This document shows, one piece after another, positions 1-11,409 of a stretch of DNA of 64,000 nt. Where the stretch lies: contig CAMDNQ010000010.1 of the NCBI GenBank assembly GCA_945903265.1, forward strand, positions 6,372-70,371, in the 5' to 3' direction. The stretch is from Candidatus Sulfopaludibacter sp. SbA3. Lineage in GTDB: Bacteria > Acidobacteriota > Vicinamibacteria > Vicinamibacterales > UBA2999. A model generated the notes under the pieces. The model saw only the letters and a list, made by a program, of their open reading frames with translations, was not told the DNA's origin and searched no databases. Within the stretch, counting starts at the first letter, position 1. The number at the start of each line of letters is the position of its first letter. Made by a program: the position numbers and the translations under genes.

Positions 1-480
1 CATCAGGATCCCGATCGCCGCGCCGAAGTAGCCGCCATACACGCCGACAAAGAACTGGTAGAACATCACCCACGCGAACCAGCGAGACCGGGATTCGGGC
101 GGAACCGTCAGGTTGAACCGCTTCTGAATCGGCTCCTGCAGCATGAACAGCAGTGTCGCGAAGAGGATCAGGATTGGGACGAACCGATCGAAGAATCCGG
201 TCGGGGTCCGTTCGAGCAGCATGGCCCCGACGATGGAGCCGGCGATGCTGGGAATGATCAGCCAGTAGATACGCCGGTCGATGCCGCGGAGCTCGCGGCG
301 ATACGCCCAGACGCTCCCCAGCGTGCCGGGCCAGATCGCGACCGTGTTCGTCGCGTTCGCGATGACCGACGGAACGCCCAGCCAGATGAGGGTGGGAAAG
401 GTGACGAGAGACCCGCCGCCGGCCACCGAGTTGATACCGCCCGCGATGATGGCGGTCACAAAAACCAGCAGCTCGTGCAA
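1..480 (-). CDS. TauE/SafE-family anion exporter; N-terminal 160 codons, the rest lies outside the window
   Basis: The reverse frame is open from the window edge up to a TTG at 478-480, with an in-frame TAA four codons upstream. My translation is (M)HELLVFVTAIIAGGINSVAGGGSLVTFPTLIWLGVPSVIANATN..., a glycine-rich TM pattern typical of TauE/SafE. It is absent from the ORF track because it runs off the edge. Confidence 0.7.
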   Translation of the reverse strand, partial: MHELLVFVTAIIAGGINSVAGGGSLVTFPTLIWLGVPSVIANATNTVAIWPGTLGSVWAYRRELRGIDRRIYWLIIPSIAGSIVGAMLLERTPTGFFDRFVPILILFATLLFMLQEPIQKRFNLTVPPESRSRWFAWVMFYQFFVGVYGGYFGAAIGILM

Positions 481-497
481 TCTCTCTAATTATTCAC

Positions 498-1256
498 TTA
501 TTCACACTTCACCATCGGCCACGCGACCATGTCCTGCCGCTTCGAAAAGTGCAGCACCGGCGCCATCGAGGGCAGCCTGATGCCGGCTGCATCGGCCATC
601 GTGTTCGTCTGAAACATCGCTTCCGCGGATTGCAGCGGCCATGGCAGGTGGTGGATGTCGAGCCGCTGGACGTGAAAGCTGTCGTCCAGGGTGTAGAGAC
701 AGTAGCGTTCCGTGAGGAAGTATTCGAGCGTGCCTGGCTGCGGCGCCTGCACGGGCCCCGTGGGCCGGTACCGCGCCTGCAACGCAGCGACGGCCCCGGC
801 GTCGGTCCGCCGACTGCGATACGAGACCCACGCGCCTTCGGGCTCCACGTGCATTTCCGCGTTGAAATACGGCAGATGGAACATCGTCCGGGCGAGCGTC
901 ACGGCCAGCGGATTTGCAGCGTCGAGACTGAAAAAGAACACCCCGGACCGGCCGTGATGCGTGACGTACGTCCGCACATTCATCTCCGGAAACGCAGACA
1001 CCCAGGGCAGCGCCGGCACGCCGCGCGGGGCGACGTTCGTCATATGAAACGGGATGATGCCCAGCCACGCCTGGTTGTCGAAGAGATCGAGTTCCAGGCC
1101 AGGCGGGATCTTTTCGCGCAGCACATCGACCGCCACGGGCCAGTGCGCGAACAGCAGGTCGTGCCAGCTCTGGGTCATGATCCACGGACTGTCGGGCATC
1201 GGCCACGGCCGATGGCGGATCTCATCGACGATGCCGGATGGAAAGTCATTTTGCAC
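498..1256 (-). CDS. DUF2071 (YqjF-like) family protein
   Basis: 252-aa ORF. The Trp/His-rich pattern ...SWHDLLFAHWPV...GIIPFHM...ERYCLYT... matches my recollection of DUF2071 proteins. Confidence 0.6.
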   Translation of the reverse strand: MQNDFPSGIVDEIRHRPWPMPDSPWIMTQSWHDLLFAHWPVAVDVLREKIPPGLELDLFDNQAWLGIIPFHMTNVAPRGVPALPWVSAFPEMNVRTYVTHHGRSGVFFFSLDAANPLAVTLARTMFHLPYFNAEMHVEPEGAWVSYRSRRTDAGAVAALQARYRPTGPVQAPQPGTLEYFLTERYCLYTLDDSFHVQRLDIHHLPWPLQSAEAMFQTNTMADAAGIRLPSMAPVLHFSKRQDMVAWPMVKCE

Positions 1257-1347
1257 GATTACGCCCCAGCTGTGAGGGGAGCATGAACCGTTCCACCAGA
1301 GTCTTCCACCATAGAGTCAGCGTGGTATCCTGCGACCCTTTCCACCA

Positions 1348-2673
1348 TTGAAAGAACCGAGCGTGAGTCACGATTCGGGCGAAGCGTCGCTCGTCAAAGC
1401 CATCGGCGTCCGCCAGCTGACGGCGTCGATCGTTAATTCGACCGTCGGCGCGGGCATCTTCGTCCTGCCCGCGCTTGTTGCGCAGGGCGTCGGAGCGGCG
1501 GCGCCGCTCGCATTCGCGCTCTGTGCCGCGATGATGGCGTTGATGACGGTGACGATCGCCATCGCAGGCAGCCGCGTGACGTCGACCGGCGGAATGTACG
1601 CCTACGTTCAAGCGGCGTTCGGCCCCTATGTCTCGCTGCTCGCCGGCGTGCTGCAGTGGCTGAGTACGATTCTGGCGGTGTCCGGCGTGTCCGTCGCCAT
1701 GCTGGATCAGGCCGGCACCTTTGCACCGATCCTCGGCTCCCAGCCGGTGCGCGTCGCGCTGCTCGCTGCGATACTCGGCGGTCTGGCCTATCTCAACGCG
1801 CGGGGCGTCCGCCTGGGGATGCGGCTGATCGAGACGGTGACGCTCGCGAAACTCCTTCCGCTTCTGGTTTTCGTCGGCGTCGGCCTCTTCTTCGTGAATC
1901 CCGCGAGTCTCACCTGGCCCGGCCTGCCGGGCGGCGACACGGTTGCCCGTACCGTGCTCCTCCTGATTTTTGCGTATTCGGGTGTCGAGATTGCGCTGGC
2001 GCCCAGCGGCGAAGTACGGGACCCGGCGCGCACAGTGCCGCGGGCGGTGTTCTTCGCGCTCGCGATCATCACCGCGCTCTATGTCGCAATCCAGATTGTC
2101 GCCCAGGGCGTCCTCGGGCCGGCCCTCTCGCAGGAAACCGCGGCGCCACTGGCGTCGGCTGCCGGCCTGTTTCTGGGCCAGGCGGGCATCACGCTCCTGC
2201 TCCTTGGCGCCGTCTGCTCCATGTTCGGATTCCTGTGCGGCGACATGCTCAGCACGCCGCGGAGCTGGTACGCCCTGGCCCGTGACGGTTTCCTGCCACG
2301 GCCGCTCACGCGCATTCATCCGGTCTATCGCACCCCCAGCGTCGCCATCTGGACACACGGGGCGGTCGTCCTGATCCTCGCAAGCACTAACACGTTCGAG
2401 GGATTGGCCATCATCGCCAACGTCGCCCTCCTGTTGCTCTACCTGCTCTGTTGCGCTGCAGCCCTGCAGTTGACACGGCAGGGGGTTGTCGCGACGGAGG
2501 CGCCGTTCGCCATGCGGGGCGCCTCTCTGGCACCGATCCTTGCAGCAGTGCTGATGGTATGGGTTCTATCGACCGCCACGCTGCGGGAGTTCCTCTGGAC
2601 AGCGGTCGTACTGGGGGCGGCGACACTCGCGTACGTCGTCAAGGCGCGGCGCTCGCCTGCGCCCTCCTCCTAA
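1348..2673 (+). CDS. APC-superfamily amino acid permease
   Basis: 441-aa polytopic membrane ORF with a TTG start. It has the N-terminal GVRQLTASIVNSTVGAGIFVLPA signature and about 12 hydrophobic segments. Confidence 0.85.
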   Translation: MKEPSVSHDSGEASLVKAIGVRQLTASIVNSTVGAGIFVLPALVAQGVGAAAPLAFALCAAMMALMTVTIAIAGSRVTSTGGMYAYVQAAFGPYVSLLAGVLQWLSTILAVSGVSVAMLDQAGTFAPILGSQPVRVALLAAILGGLAYLNARGVRLGMRLIETVTLAKLLPLLVFVGVGLFFVNPASLTWPGLPGGDTVARTVLLLIFAYSGVEIALAPSGEVRDPARTVPRAVFFALAIITALYVAIQIVAQGVLGPALSQETAAPLASAAGLFLGQAGITLLLLGAVCSMFGFLCGDMLSTPRSWYALARDGFLPRPLTRIHPVYRTPSVAIWTHGAVVLILASTNTFEGLAIIANVALLLLYLLCCAAALQLTRQGVVATEAPFAMRGASLAPILAAVLMVWVLSTATLREFLWTAVVLGAATLAYVVKARRSPAPSS

Positions 2674-3035
2674 TTGCCGGAGCCGCCTCGAGCGCGTGCC
2701 GCCCTGGGGAACCGCTGCAGGTTGAATCGCTGCAGCTCGGCCGGACACTCAACTCCGACAACACCGTCAACGCACACACAACCCGCTTCAAGCCGGACCA
2801 GACGGTATACGTGTCGCTGCTGTCCGTGCAGCCCGGTTCGGGCACGGTCACCGTTCGCTGGGTATTGAACGGCCAGACGGTCAGCGAAGCCACGCGCGAC
2901 GTGTCATACACGCGCGAGGCCGCCACCGAGTTTCACCTGCAGAATTCAGGCGGGTTTCCGCCGGGCAGCTACCGCGTTGACGTCCTCGTCAACGGGCAGC
3001 CTGCCGGCAGCCGTCAGTTCACGGTCGAAAAATAA
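2559..3035 (+). CDS. small secreted or possible lipoprotein, hypothetical
   Basis: This is the frame of track ORF 2451..3035. The only plausible start downstream of 2451 is the ATG at 2559, which overlaps the permease 3' end. It has a hydrophobic leader ...ALACALLLIAGAASSAC followed by a beta-rich domain. The start is uncertain. Confidence 0.45.
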   Translation: MGSIDRHAAGVPLDSGRTGGGDTRVRRQGAALACALLLIAGAASSACRPGEPLQVESLQLGRTLNSDNTVNAHTTRFKPDQTVYVSLLSVQPGSGTVTVRWVLNGQTVSEATRDVSYTREAATEFHLQNSGGFPPGSYRVDVLVNGQPAGSRQFTVEK

Positions 3036-3038
3036 CTC

Positions 3039-4070
3039 TCAGTCTTCGACAGGCTTGTTCGTGTTGCCGCCGCCGTGCGTGAGCCCGCACCGGGGACAGG
3101 CCGTAGGTGGCTGCGTGTTGTCGACGCGATGCGCGACGCCGGGGATCGTCTTGAGGTAGGCGAACATCGCCTTCAGATCCTCGTCGGTCTGTTTGCCGTA
3201 CATCTGCCACGGCATGTAGTTGTTCAATTTTCGTGACCGCACCATCCCGGTGCGCATCATCTCGAGAAACAGATCCTCGGTGTAGTACGGAATCCCGCTC
3301 GCGTCCTGCGTGATGTTTCCCGATGCCACCTGGCCGTTGGGACTGATCATGGGGAATCCACCGGCAAACTCCATCCCGGGAATCGCCTGCCCCTGCTCGT
3401 CCATCGGCGTGTGACAGTCGCGGCACACGCCAATGCGCACCAGATAGTCGCCGTAGGCCACGCGATCGGTTTTGTCCGGTAACGGCACCGGCTCGGTCAG
3501 CGGCTCAGGAACCGCATTGATGAAGCGGTTCACCGGGAACGGAATCTCGGACGGCGGGAGCGGCTTGCGAACCGCAGGGATCGACCGGAGATAGACGATG
3601 ATCGCCGCGAGATCCTCGTCTGCCATGTACCGGAACTGGTGATACGGCATCAGCGGGAACAGCGCTCGGCCGTCGTGGGCGATACCTTCCCGGACGGCGC
3701 GCGCGATCATGTCGTCGGTCCAGGTGCCGGCACCGGTCTCCGGATCCGGCGTCAGGTTCGGGGCCGACAGCCAGGGGATGCCCTCCTCGGCCCAACTCCG
3801 CCCGCTTCCCTCCAGCCCCGCCTTCAGCAGAAATCCGCCCGTCCAGTCGACTTCCGAATGACAGCCGATGCACGGCGACACGGCGTTGGCGAGATACCGC
3901 CCGCGTTCGATCCGTTCAGGCGTTCGCTCGAAGGTGCGATCGCTCAGGGGTCGCGCGCGGGGGCCGATGATGGGGCGGATGCCGATGACGGCGGGAATGG
4001 CGACGATGAGGAGAACAATCAGCGCGAGAACAATGACGCCGAGACGCTTGAGCCATCGCATGGGGTGCAA
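3039..4070 (-). CDS. membrane-anchored dihaem c-type cytochrome
   Basis: 343-aa ORF with an N-terminal TM helix (LGVIVLALIVLLIVAIPAVIG) and two CxxCH haem-binding motifs (CIGCH, CRDCH). Confidence 0.85.
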   Translation of the reverse strand: MHPMRWLKRLGVIVLALIVLLIVAIPAVIGIRPIIGPRARPLSDRTFERTPERIERGRYLANAVSPCIGCHSEVDWTGGFLLKAGLEGSGRSWAEEGIPWLSAPNLTPDPETGAGTWTDDMIARAVREGIAHDGRALFPLMPYHQFRYMADEDLAAIIVYLRSIPAVRKPLPPSEIPFPVNRFINAVPEPLTEPVPLPDKTDRVAYGDYLVRIGVCRDCHTPMDEQGQAIPGMEFAGGFPMISPNGQVASGNITQDASGIPYYTEDLFLEMMRTGMVRSRKLNNYMPWQMYGKQTDEDLKAMFAYLKTIPGVAHRVDNTQPPTACPRCGLTHGGGNTNKPVED

Positions 4071-4102
4071 ATATACAACACGCCGATCGCCCGGCGGGGA
4101 GC

Positions 4103-6301
4103 CTAGCGCGAGAGCAGGTACGTCATCTTGATGACGACCTGCTGGTTGTGGAGGTCCGGACGACCGGGCAGATTCCCCTGCAGGCCGTCATAGACGACGT
4201 ACAGGTCGCTGCCAGGCTTGTAGATGAAGTTGTAGCGCACGCTGGTGCTGACCTGGCGCGTCGACGAGTTGTACTGCGAGAGGGACCGAATCGTCATCCG
4301 CGGCGAGAGGGTGTAATCGAGCCGCACGATCCCCAGGTTCACCACGAAGGCGCCCCAGGGCAGGTTCACGTCGTTGCGCTGGACGGTGAACTCCGCGGAG
4401 GCACGGCTCGAGGCGCGGACCCCCAGTGTGAAGTCCACGTCATGCCGAGTGCCGTCGTAGAACGTCTGCGGCTTGTAATTGACGCGCTCGTACACGCGCC
4501 GCGCGGGGTTGCTGTTGTAGGTCAGCGACCATTCGTAGAACCGGTACACGCCCGCGGGGATCGTGACGTTCCGCTGGATCGCGAACGGCTGGTCCAGCAC
4601 GTCGAGCCAGCGGTTCAGGATGATGTTCAGATACGACCCGTTCTGGAACCGGGTGCCCACCATGTGATGCAGCCGCCGCGTCACGAGGCGGTTCTGCTGA
4701 TCGGTGATGTAGTCCACGTTGAACATCGGCTCCATCACTCGAATCAGGCCTCCCGGGCGCGGATTCCGCTCGAGGTGCAGCGTCGTCTTCCGGATGCCGG
4801 TCCGCGGCACGAACCCGACTTCAGCATTGAAGTTCTCCTGGATGTCGGTGAACTCGCCGTAGGAGTTCCACTTGCTGTTCTGGAACCCGGCGCGCCCGTG
4901 AAACGCCATCTGGTCCTCGCTGACACCGGGGGACGCGGTCCTGGCGACAAACGAGTGGAGGGAAAAGCTCGGCGTCGGCGCCAGGAGCAGGTCAGCCGCG
5001 ATCGTCCGGTTGAACGCGGAATCGTGCATCGCCTCCTTGTTGACCACGAGGCCGCCGATCTTGGAGCGCTCGCCGAGGTCGCGGCTGTACCGGCCGACGA
5101 CGAAGTTCTCTCCCGGGCGGCCGAACGCATCTCCCGTCTGCAGCTGCATCAGCGCGACGTTGTGGTCGCCGAGCTTTCCCGTCATGCGGGCGCCGCCGAG
5201 AAGCGGAATCTGCTGGCCGGCGGACGACAGGCCGATGCGCCGGCTGAAGAAGAGATCCGCGATGCGCTGGTTGCCCTGGTTCCCGATGGTGAACTGGCCG
5301 GAGTTCTCGAGGAAGAAATCGCGTTTCTCGGGAAAGAACAGCGCGAACCGCGTCAGGTTCACCTGCTGCTCGTCCACTTCGGCCTGCGCAAAGTCGGTGT
5401 TGAGCGTGACGTCGAGCGCGAGGCCGGAGCTGATGCCGTACTTCGCGTCGAGCCCGATGTCGGTCAGCCCGCTCGCCGAGCTGCTCGATCCGCTGCGGTC
5501 CCGGCGTCCCCCCGTGACCAGGAACGGCTTGAGCCGCAGGTCGAGGCCGCGCGTCACGTCCTCCATGCCGGACACCGTCCCCGCCATGCTGACGCGCGTG
5601 ATGGTATACGGCTTGGGAATCGGCGCCCAGTACACCTGCTCGTTCTTCCGGCGGATGTTCCGCATGAAGTTGACGCCCCACGTCTGGACGTCGGCATCGG
5701 GCGACCGCACCGTCACCATCGGGATGACGATCTCCGCTGTCCATCCGTCCGCTGTCCGCTGCGCCGCGGCGTCCCAGACGCCGTTCCAGTCGCGGTTGAT
5801 GTTCGACGCGGCCCCGCGGAGGTTGCCGCCGCCCTCCTCGAACACCTGCTGCTCCAGCTTGGCGCCGAGCGGGTTGGTCACGAACATGTACCCCGAGCGG
5901 GAGTCCCGGAAGGTGTCGAGGATGACCTGAAAGTTGTCTTCTTCGAGCATCTGCGGCGAGTCGCGCCGCATCTCGGTCGCGATCACACCGGAGGGCAGGT
6001 CGTCGAACGCGCGGACCCCGATGTAGAAGTGCTCCGCGTCGTAGAGCAGACGGACTTCGGTGCGTTCGGACGCGGGGGCGCCGTCGGTCGGCTCCTGCTG
6101 CGTGAAGCTGTCCAGGACCGCCGCGTCGCGCCAGACCGCGTCGTCGAGCACGCCGTCGACCACGGGCGGCCGCGCCGCCCGTTTCGCGTCGATGTGATGT
6201 CGTTCGGAGGCGCCGTGGACGTGCTCCTGCCCGTAGGCAGGAGCCGTCGTCAGGAGCGCGCCAAGAAGGAATGCAAGAACCGGGGTCCCGTCGCGATGCA
6301 T
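4103..6301 (-). CDS. secreted DUF5916 / carbohydrate-binding-family-9-like protein
   Basis: 732-aa ORF with a signal peptide (...LLTTAPAYGQ). An N-terminal PVVDGVLDDAVWRDA... segment resembles CBM9, and the long C-terminal part is beta-rich. The family assignment is from memory. Confidence 0.65.
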   Translation of the reverse strand: MHRDGTPVLAFLLGALLTTAPAYGQEHVHGASERHHIDAKRAARPPVVDGVLDDAVWRDAAVLDSFTQQEPTDGAPASERTEVRLLYDAEHFYIGVRAFDDLPSGVIATEMRRDSPQMLEEDNFQVILDTFRDSRSGYMFVTNPLGAKLEQQVFEEGGGNLRGAASNINRDWNGVWDAAAQRTADGWTAEIVIPMVTVRSPDADVQTWGVNFMRNIRRKNEQVYWAPIPKPYTITRVSMAGTVSGMEDVTRGLDLRLKPFLVTGGRRDRSGSSSSASGLTDIGLDAKYGISSGLALDVTLNTDFAQAEVDEQQVNLTRFALFFPEKRDFFLENSGQFTIGNQGNQRIADLFFSRRIGLSSAGQQIPLLGGARMTGKLGDHNVALMQLQTGDAFGRPGENFVVGRYSRDLGERSKIGGLVVNKEAMHDSAFNRTIAADLLLAPTPSFSLHSFVARTASPGVSEDQMAFHGRAGFQNSKWNSYGEFTDIQENFNAEVGFVPRTGIRKTTLHLERNPRPGGLIRVMEPMFNVDYITDQQNRLVTRRLHHMVGTRFQNGSYLNIILNRWLDVLDQPFAIQRNVTIPAGVYRFYEWSLTYNSNPARRVYERVNYKPQTFYDGTRHDVDFTLGVRASSRASAEFTVQRNDVNLPWGAFVVNLGIVRLDYTLSPRMTIRSLSQYNSSTRQVSTSVRYNFIYKPGSDLYVVYDGLQGNLPGRPDLHNQQVVIKMTYLLSR

Positions 6302-6371
6302 CTAGCGCGCGACCGGTGCTACTGCGTCGTATACGACTCTGCCGCCCATAGAGCCTCCGATGAGATTCGAA

Positions 6372-7868
6372 TCAACGCTGCGCCGTGCTCGGCGCGGGGA
6401 AATTCGCGATGCGGCGCGCCGCCCCGCTCAACTCCAGGATGTGCAGGCCGGTGTTGGCGCGATCGCCGATATAGATGTAGCCGCGGTCGTCGACATCCGC
6501 GTTGTTGCTCTGGATGGCGATCTTGCACCGCTCCGTCTGGCCCTGGCCGATGCACCGCTTGTCGGTCTTGTCGGTCGTCGCCGGGATGAAATACGCGACT
6601 TCCTTGATCTCGTAGGGATCGCGGATGTCGAGCACACGCAGGCCGGCGTTGAAGAACGTGATGAACGCGAGACGCCCGTAATAGATCGGCGTCGCGTTCT
6701 CGTGCGACGAGTGCGCGCCGAAGCGGCCGCCGCGATCGCAGAAGTTGCCGCTCGCCTCGGGGACGTTCCAGGTCTCCACGCCCATCGGGCGATTTTCCCA
6801 GGTCACGTCATACATCCGGACGAACTGCCGGTTGTCCATGCATTCCTCGTCGGTCGTCTCGCCCACGACGAGCAGGAAGTCGCGATGCGGGCCGTTGGTC
6901 AGGCGCGGGATCTGGTCGCCATGCTCGTGGCCGGCGCCCGGCTGCGGGTCGTTCATGCCCGGCTTCTGCTTCGCGAATTCCGGCATCGGAATGCCCATCA
7001 GCGGGAGCGCCGTATGCGTCCCCGATTCCGGCGCGAGGTCGATCTGCTGGACGATCGGGTATTTGAGGTTCGCCTCGGTCGGCTCCTTGGGACCATTCAG
7101 CAGCTTCTCGCGGTCGACGATCTGAATGAGACCGTTGTTGCCGGTGCCGTGCGCGAAGTACACGCGGTTCGCCTTCACACCAAGCGAGATCGGACCGTGC
7201 AGTTCGGTCGGCACCGTGCCGGTCGACCCGGGCTGCTGGCCGTGCACACCGTAGTCGCGGATGAATTTCGGCGCCGCCGGGTTGCTCAGGTCGTAGATCT
7301 TCAGCATGCGGCGGGTGCGCCATGCCTTGTCGCCCGATACCAGGTACGCGATGCCCGTGTCGCATTCCCAGAAGTTCTTATGGGTGTTGCGCAGGTCGGA
7401 CACGACGGTGGAGACCTTTGCCGGCTTCTCGGGCGTCGTGACGTCCCACACTTCGTGGCCGGAGTTGCCGTATGAGCGCAGCAGGTACACCTTGCTGCGA
7501 TCGGCGTTCGGGAGGGTCGCGCCGTTGCAGACCCGCGCCATCTGCGCGCCGCCCTGCTCGCCCGCGCCGGCTTCACCGGGGATGTGGAACAGGTACCGCG
7601 GCTGCCGCGGATTCGTCACGTCGAGCACCGACGTGCCGTTGGGTTCCTCCTGCTTCGTCAACGGGTTCATCGCCCGGCCGCCGTGGTGGCCGACGTACGC
7701 AATGTAGCGGTCCCCCTGCCGATGGATGACCGGCGCGTACGCGCTGCGCGCCTGCAGATCGTTGTGCGCAAGGAGGTCCATGTTGCTGTCCTCCTGCTTG
7801 TTCTGGGCGGCGAGCCCGGCGGTCAGGCCGATTACCACTGCCGCCACCCCGAAATGCCAACGTGTCAT
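6372..7868 (-). CDS. secreted LVIVD-repeat-like beta-propeller protein
   Basis: 498-aa ORF with a signal peptide. It has repeated D-x-G-Y-IY / GL-x-I-L-type segments, e.g. DDRGYIYIGDRANTGLHILEL. Confidence 0.55.
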   Translation of the reverse strand: MTRWHFGVAAVVIGLTAGLAAQNKQEDSNMDLLAHNDLQARSAYAPVIHRQGDRYIAYVGHHGGRAMNPLTKQEEPNGTSVLDVTNPRQPRYLFHIPGEAGAGEQGGAQMARVCNGATLPNADRSKVYLLRSYGNSGHEVWDVTTPEKPAKVSTVVSDLRNTHKNFWECDTGIAYLVSGDKAWRTRRMLKIYDLSNPAAPKFIRDYGVHGQQPGSTGTVPTELHGPISLGVKANRVYFAHGTGNNGLIQIVDREKLLNGPKEPTEANLKYPIVQQIDLAPESGTHTALPLMGIPMPEFAKQKPGMNDPQPGAGHEHGDQIPRLTNGPHRDFLLVVGETTDEECMDNRQFVRMYDVTWENRPMGVETWNVPEASGNFCDRGGRFGAHSSHENATPIYYGRLAFITFFNAGLRVLDIRDPYEIKEVAYFIPATTDKTDKRCIGQGQTERCKIAIQSNNADVDDRGYIYIGDRANTGLHILELSGAARRIANFPAPSTAQR

Positions 7869-8056
7869 ATGACTCTCCTCGCAGATATGTGAGTGCGTGG
7901 GGGATTAGGTTTCGTACGCGTCACCCGCTTATAGAGGAAACAGCGGGCGCGGGTCAAATGGAGAAGTTTTCACCCTTTTCCCCCACAGTGTCCCACAGAC
8001 AGTCCCCCTAAACCCCTAAAGCCTAAGAATTTGGCGTCACAAACCGGGTACGTCGT

Positions 8057-9028
8057 TTGAACAAGGCTGGGTCGGAGAACCCAAGGGAACACCTCATGCG
8101 AATGCGAAAAGCCGTTCAGACCGATGCCGAACTCGGTCCCGAGACACGCTCAGAGCTGCACCGGTGGGTGCGCGAACGGCTGCCGCTGGCATCGTCCGAC
8201 GAGCAGTCGCTCCTGGAGGCCATCGACGCGGTGTTCCTGCAGCACGAACGGCTCTGGCAGCAATCCAAGCAGGAGGCGATTCAGGCCGTGTCCGCGGGCT
8301 TTACCGAGCGCCTGAACCGGATGCGCCAGGAGCTGACCGCGCGCGACGCCACCGTCAGCAGTATCTCCAACTATTTCGAGGAGCTCGTCGCCGACCTGAC
8401 GGACCGCGTCCATCGCGATCCGAAGACACGGCTGATGAACTTCCGCCGCTTCGTCGAGCAGCTCGAGGCCTTCCTCGCGCTCGAACAGCGCGGGCGCTGG
8501 TGCGCGGTCGGCCTGGTCGACATCACCGCGTTCAAGACGTTCAACGACACGTTCGGCCACGCGCTCGGGGACAAAGTCATCGACCGTGTGGCGCGGCTGC
8601 TGCGGGAACAGATCCGGGGCGAGGACCTGATCGCGCAGGACGTCGCCGACCCGCGCGCCACCCAGGAGCTGCACGCCCGCTTCGGCGGCGACGAGTTCTG
8701 CTTCCTGATTCCGGACCTCGACGAGTTCAGCAGCGCGTGGGTCATCGCCGAGCGGTTCCGCGAGGCCGTCGAACGCTACGACTGGAGCACCGAAGATCCG
8801 CGCCTCGCCGATCAACCCGTGCACGTCAACGTCGGCGTCGTCTGCCTGTTCCTCGGCGACGTCAACGAGCGCCGGCCGTTCGCGCGGCAGCTCGCCGACG
8901 ACCTGCTCTCACACGCCGATCGCCTGATGTACGACGCGAAGGCCCAGGGTGTCGGGCAGATCACCCCGGTGCGCATGCGAGTCATCGGGGGCGTGCTCGA
9001 AGAAATCGGTCCCGACGAACACGAGTAA
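8057..9028 (+). CDS. diguanylate cyclase (GGDEF domain) with uncharacterised N-terminal region
   Basis: Intact GGDEF motif in ...HARFGGDEFCFLIP... The start could be the TTG at 8057 or the ATG at 8096. Confidence 0.85.
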   Translation: MNKAGSENPREHLMRMRKAVQTDAELGPETRSELHRWVRERLPLASSDEQSLLEAIDAVFLQHERLWQQSKQEAIQAVSAGFTERLNRMRQELTARDATVSSISNYFEELVADLTDRVHRDPKTRLMNFRRFVEQLEAFLALEQRGRWCAVGLVDITAFKTFNDTFGHALGDKVIDRVARLLREQIRGEDLIAQDVADPRATQELHARFGGDEFCFLIPDLDEFSSAWVIAERFREAVERYDWSTEDPRLADQPVHVNVGVVCLFLGDVNERRPFARQLADDLLSHADRLMYDAKAQGVGQITPVRMRVIGGVLEEIGPDEHE

Positions 9029-9040
9029 CACCGCACCTGC

Positions 9041-9074
9041 GGTGCGAAGGCGCGGCGTGGGAGAGGTGCGAAGG
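9041..9074. repeat. two perfect copies of GGTGCGAAGG (9041-9050, 9065-9074) downstream of the GGDEF gene
   Basis: Read directly from the sequence. CCGCACC at 9031-9037 can pair with GGTGCG at 9041-9046 to form a short hairpin. Confidence 0.8.
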
Positions 9075-9078
9075 AGAA

Positions 9079-9154
9079 TGGGGCGGATGACGGGTCTCGA
9101 ACCCGCGACTTCCTGAGCCACAGTCAGGCGCTCTACCCCTGAGCTACATCCGCC
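9079..9154 (-). tRNA. tRNA-His (anticodon GTG)
   Basis: The reverse complement is GGCGGATGTAGCTCAGGGGTAGAGCGCCTGACTGTGGCTCAGGAAGTCGCGGGTTCGAGACCCGTCATCCGCCCCA. It folds as a cloverleaf with anticodon loop CTGTGGC, the extra 5' G typical of tRNA-His, and an encoded CCA. Confidence 0.93.
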
Positions 9155-9237
9155 ATACAGGGAAGAATCTCAAGTGTAACACGCAGGTTTTCGCGCTCGC
9201 CTCGCACCCGCGCGCCTGCGGCAACGGTTTTGAAGAG

Positions 9238-11405
<2,168 letters not shown>

Positions 11406-11409
<4 letters not shown>

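Noticed and set aside
4148-6589. 813-aa plus-strand ORF, together with similar very long ORFs at 9133..11496(-), 13298..14875(-), 15638..16801(-), 16749..17921(-), 24056..25384(-), 25397..26827(-), 42579..43853(-), 48929..50179(-), 58230..59327(-) and 61173..62051(-).
   Set aside because: Each lies antisense to, or out of frame with, a gene that has clear family motifs. Their translations are Arg/Ala/Gly/Pro-rich low-complexity strings typical of shadow ORFs in high-GC DNA.
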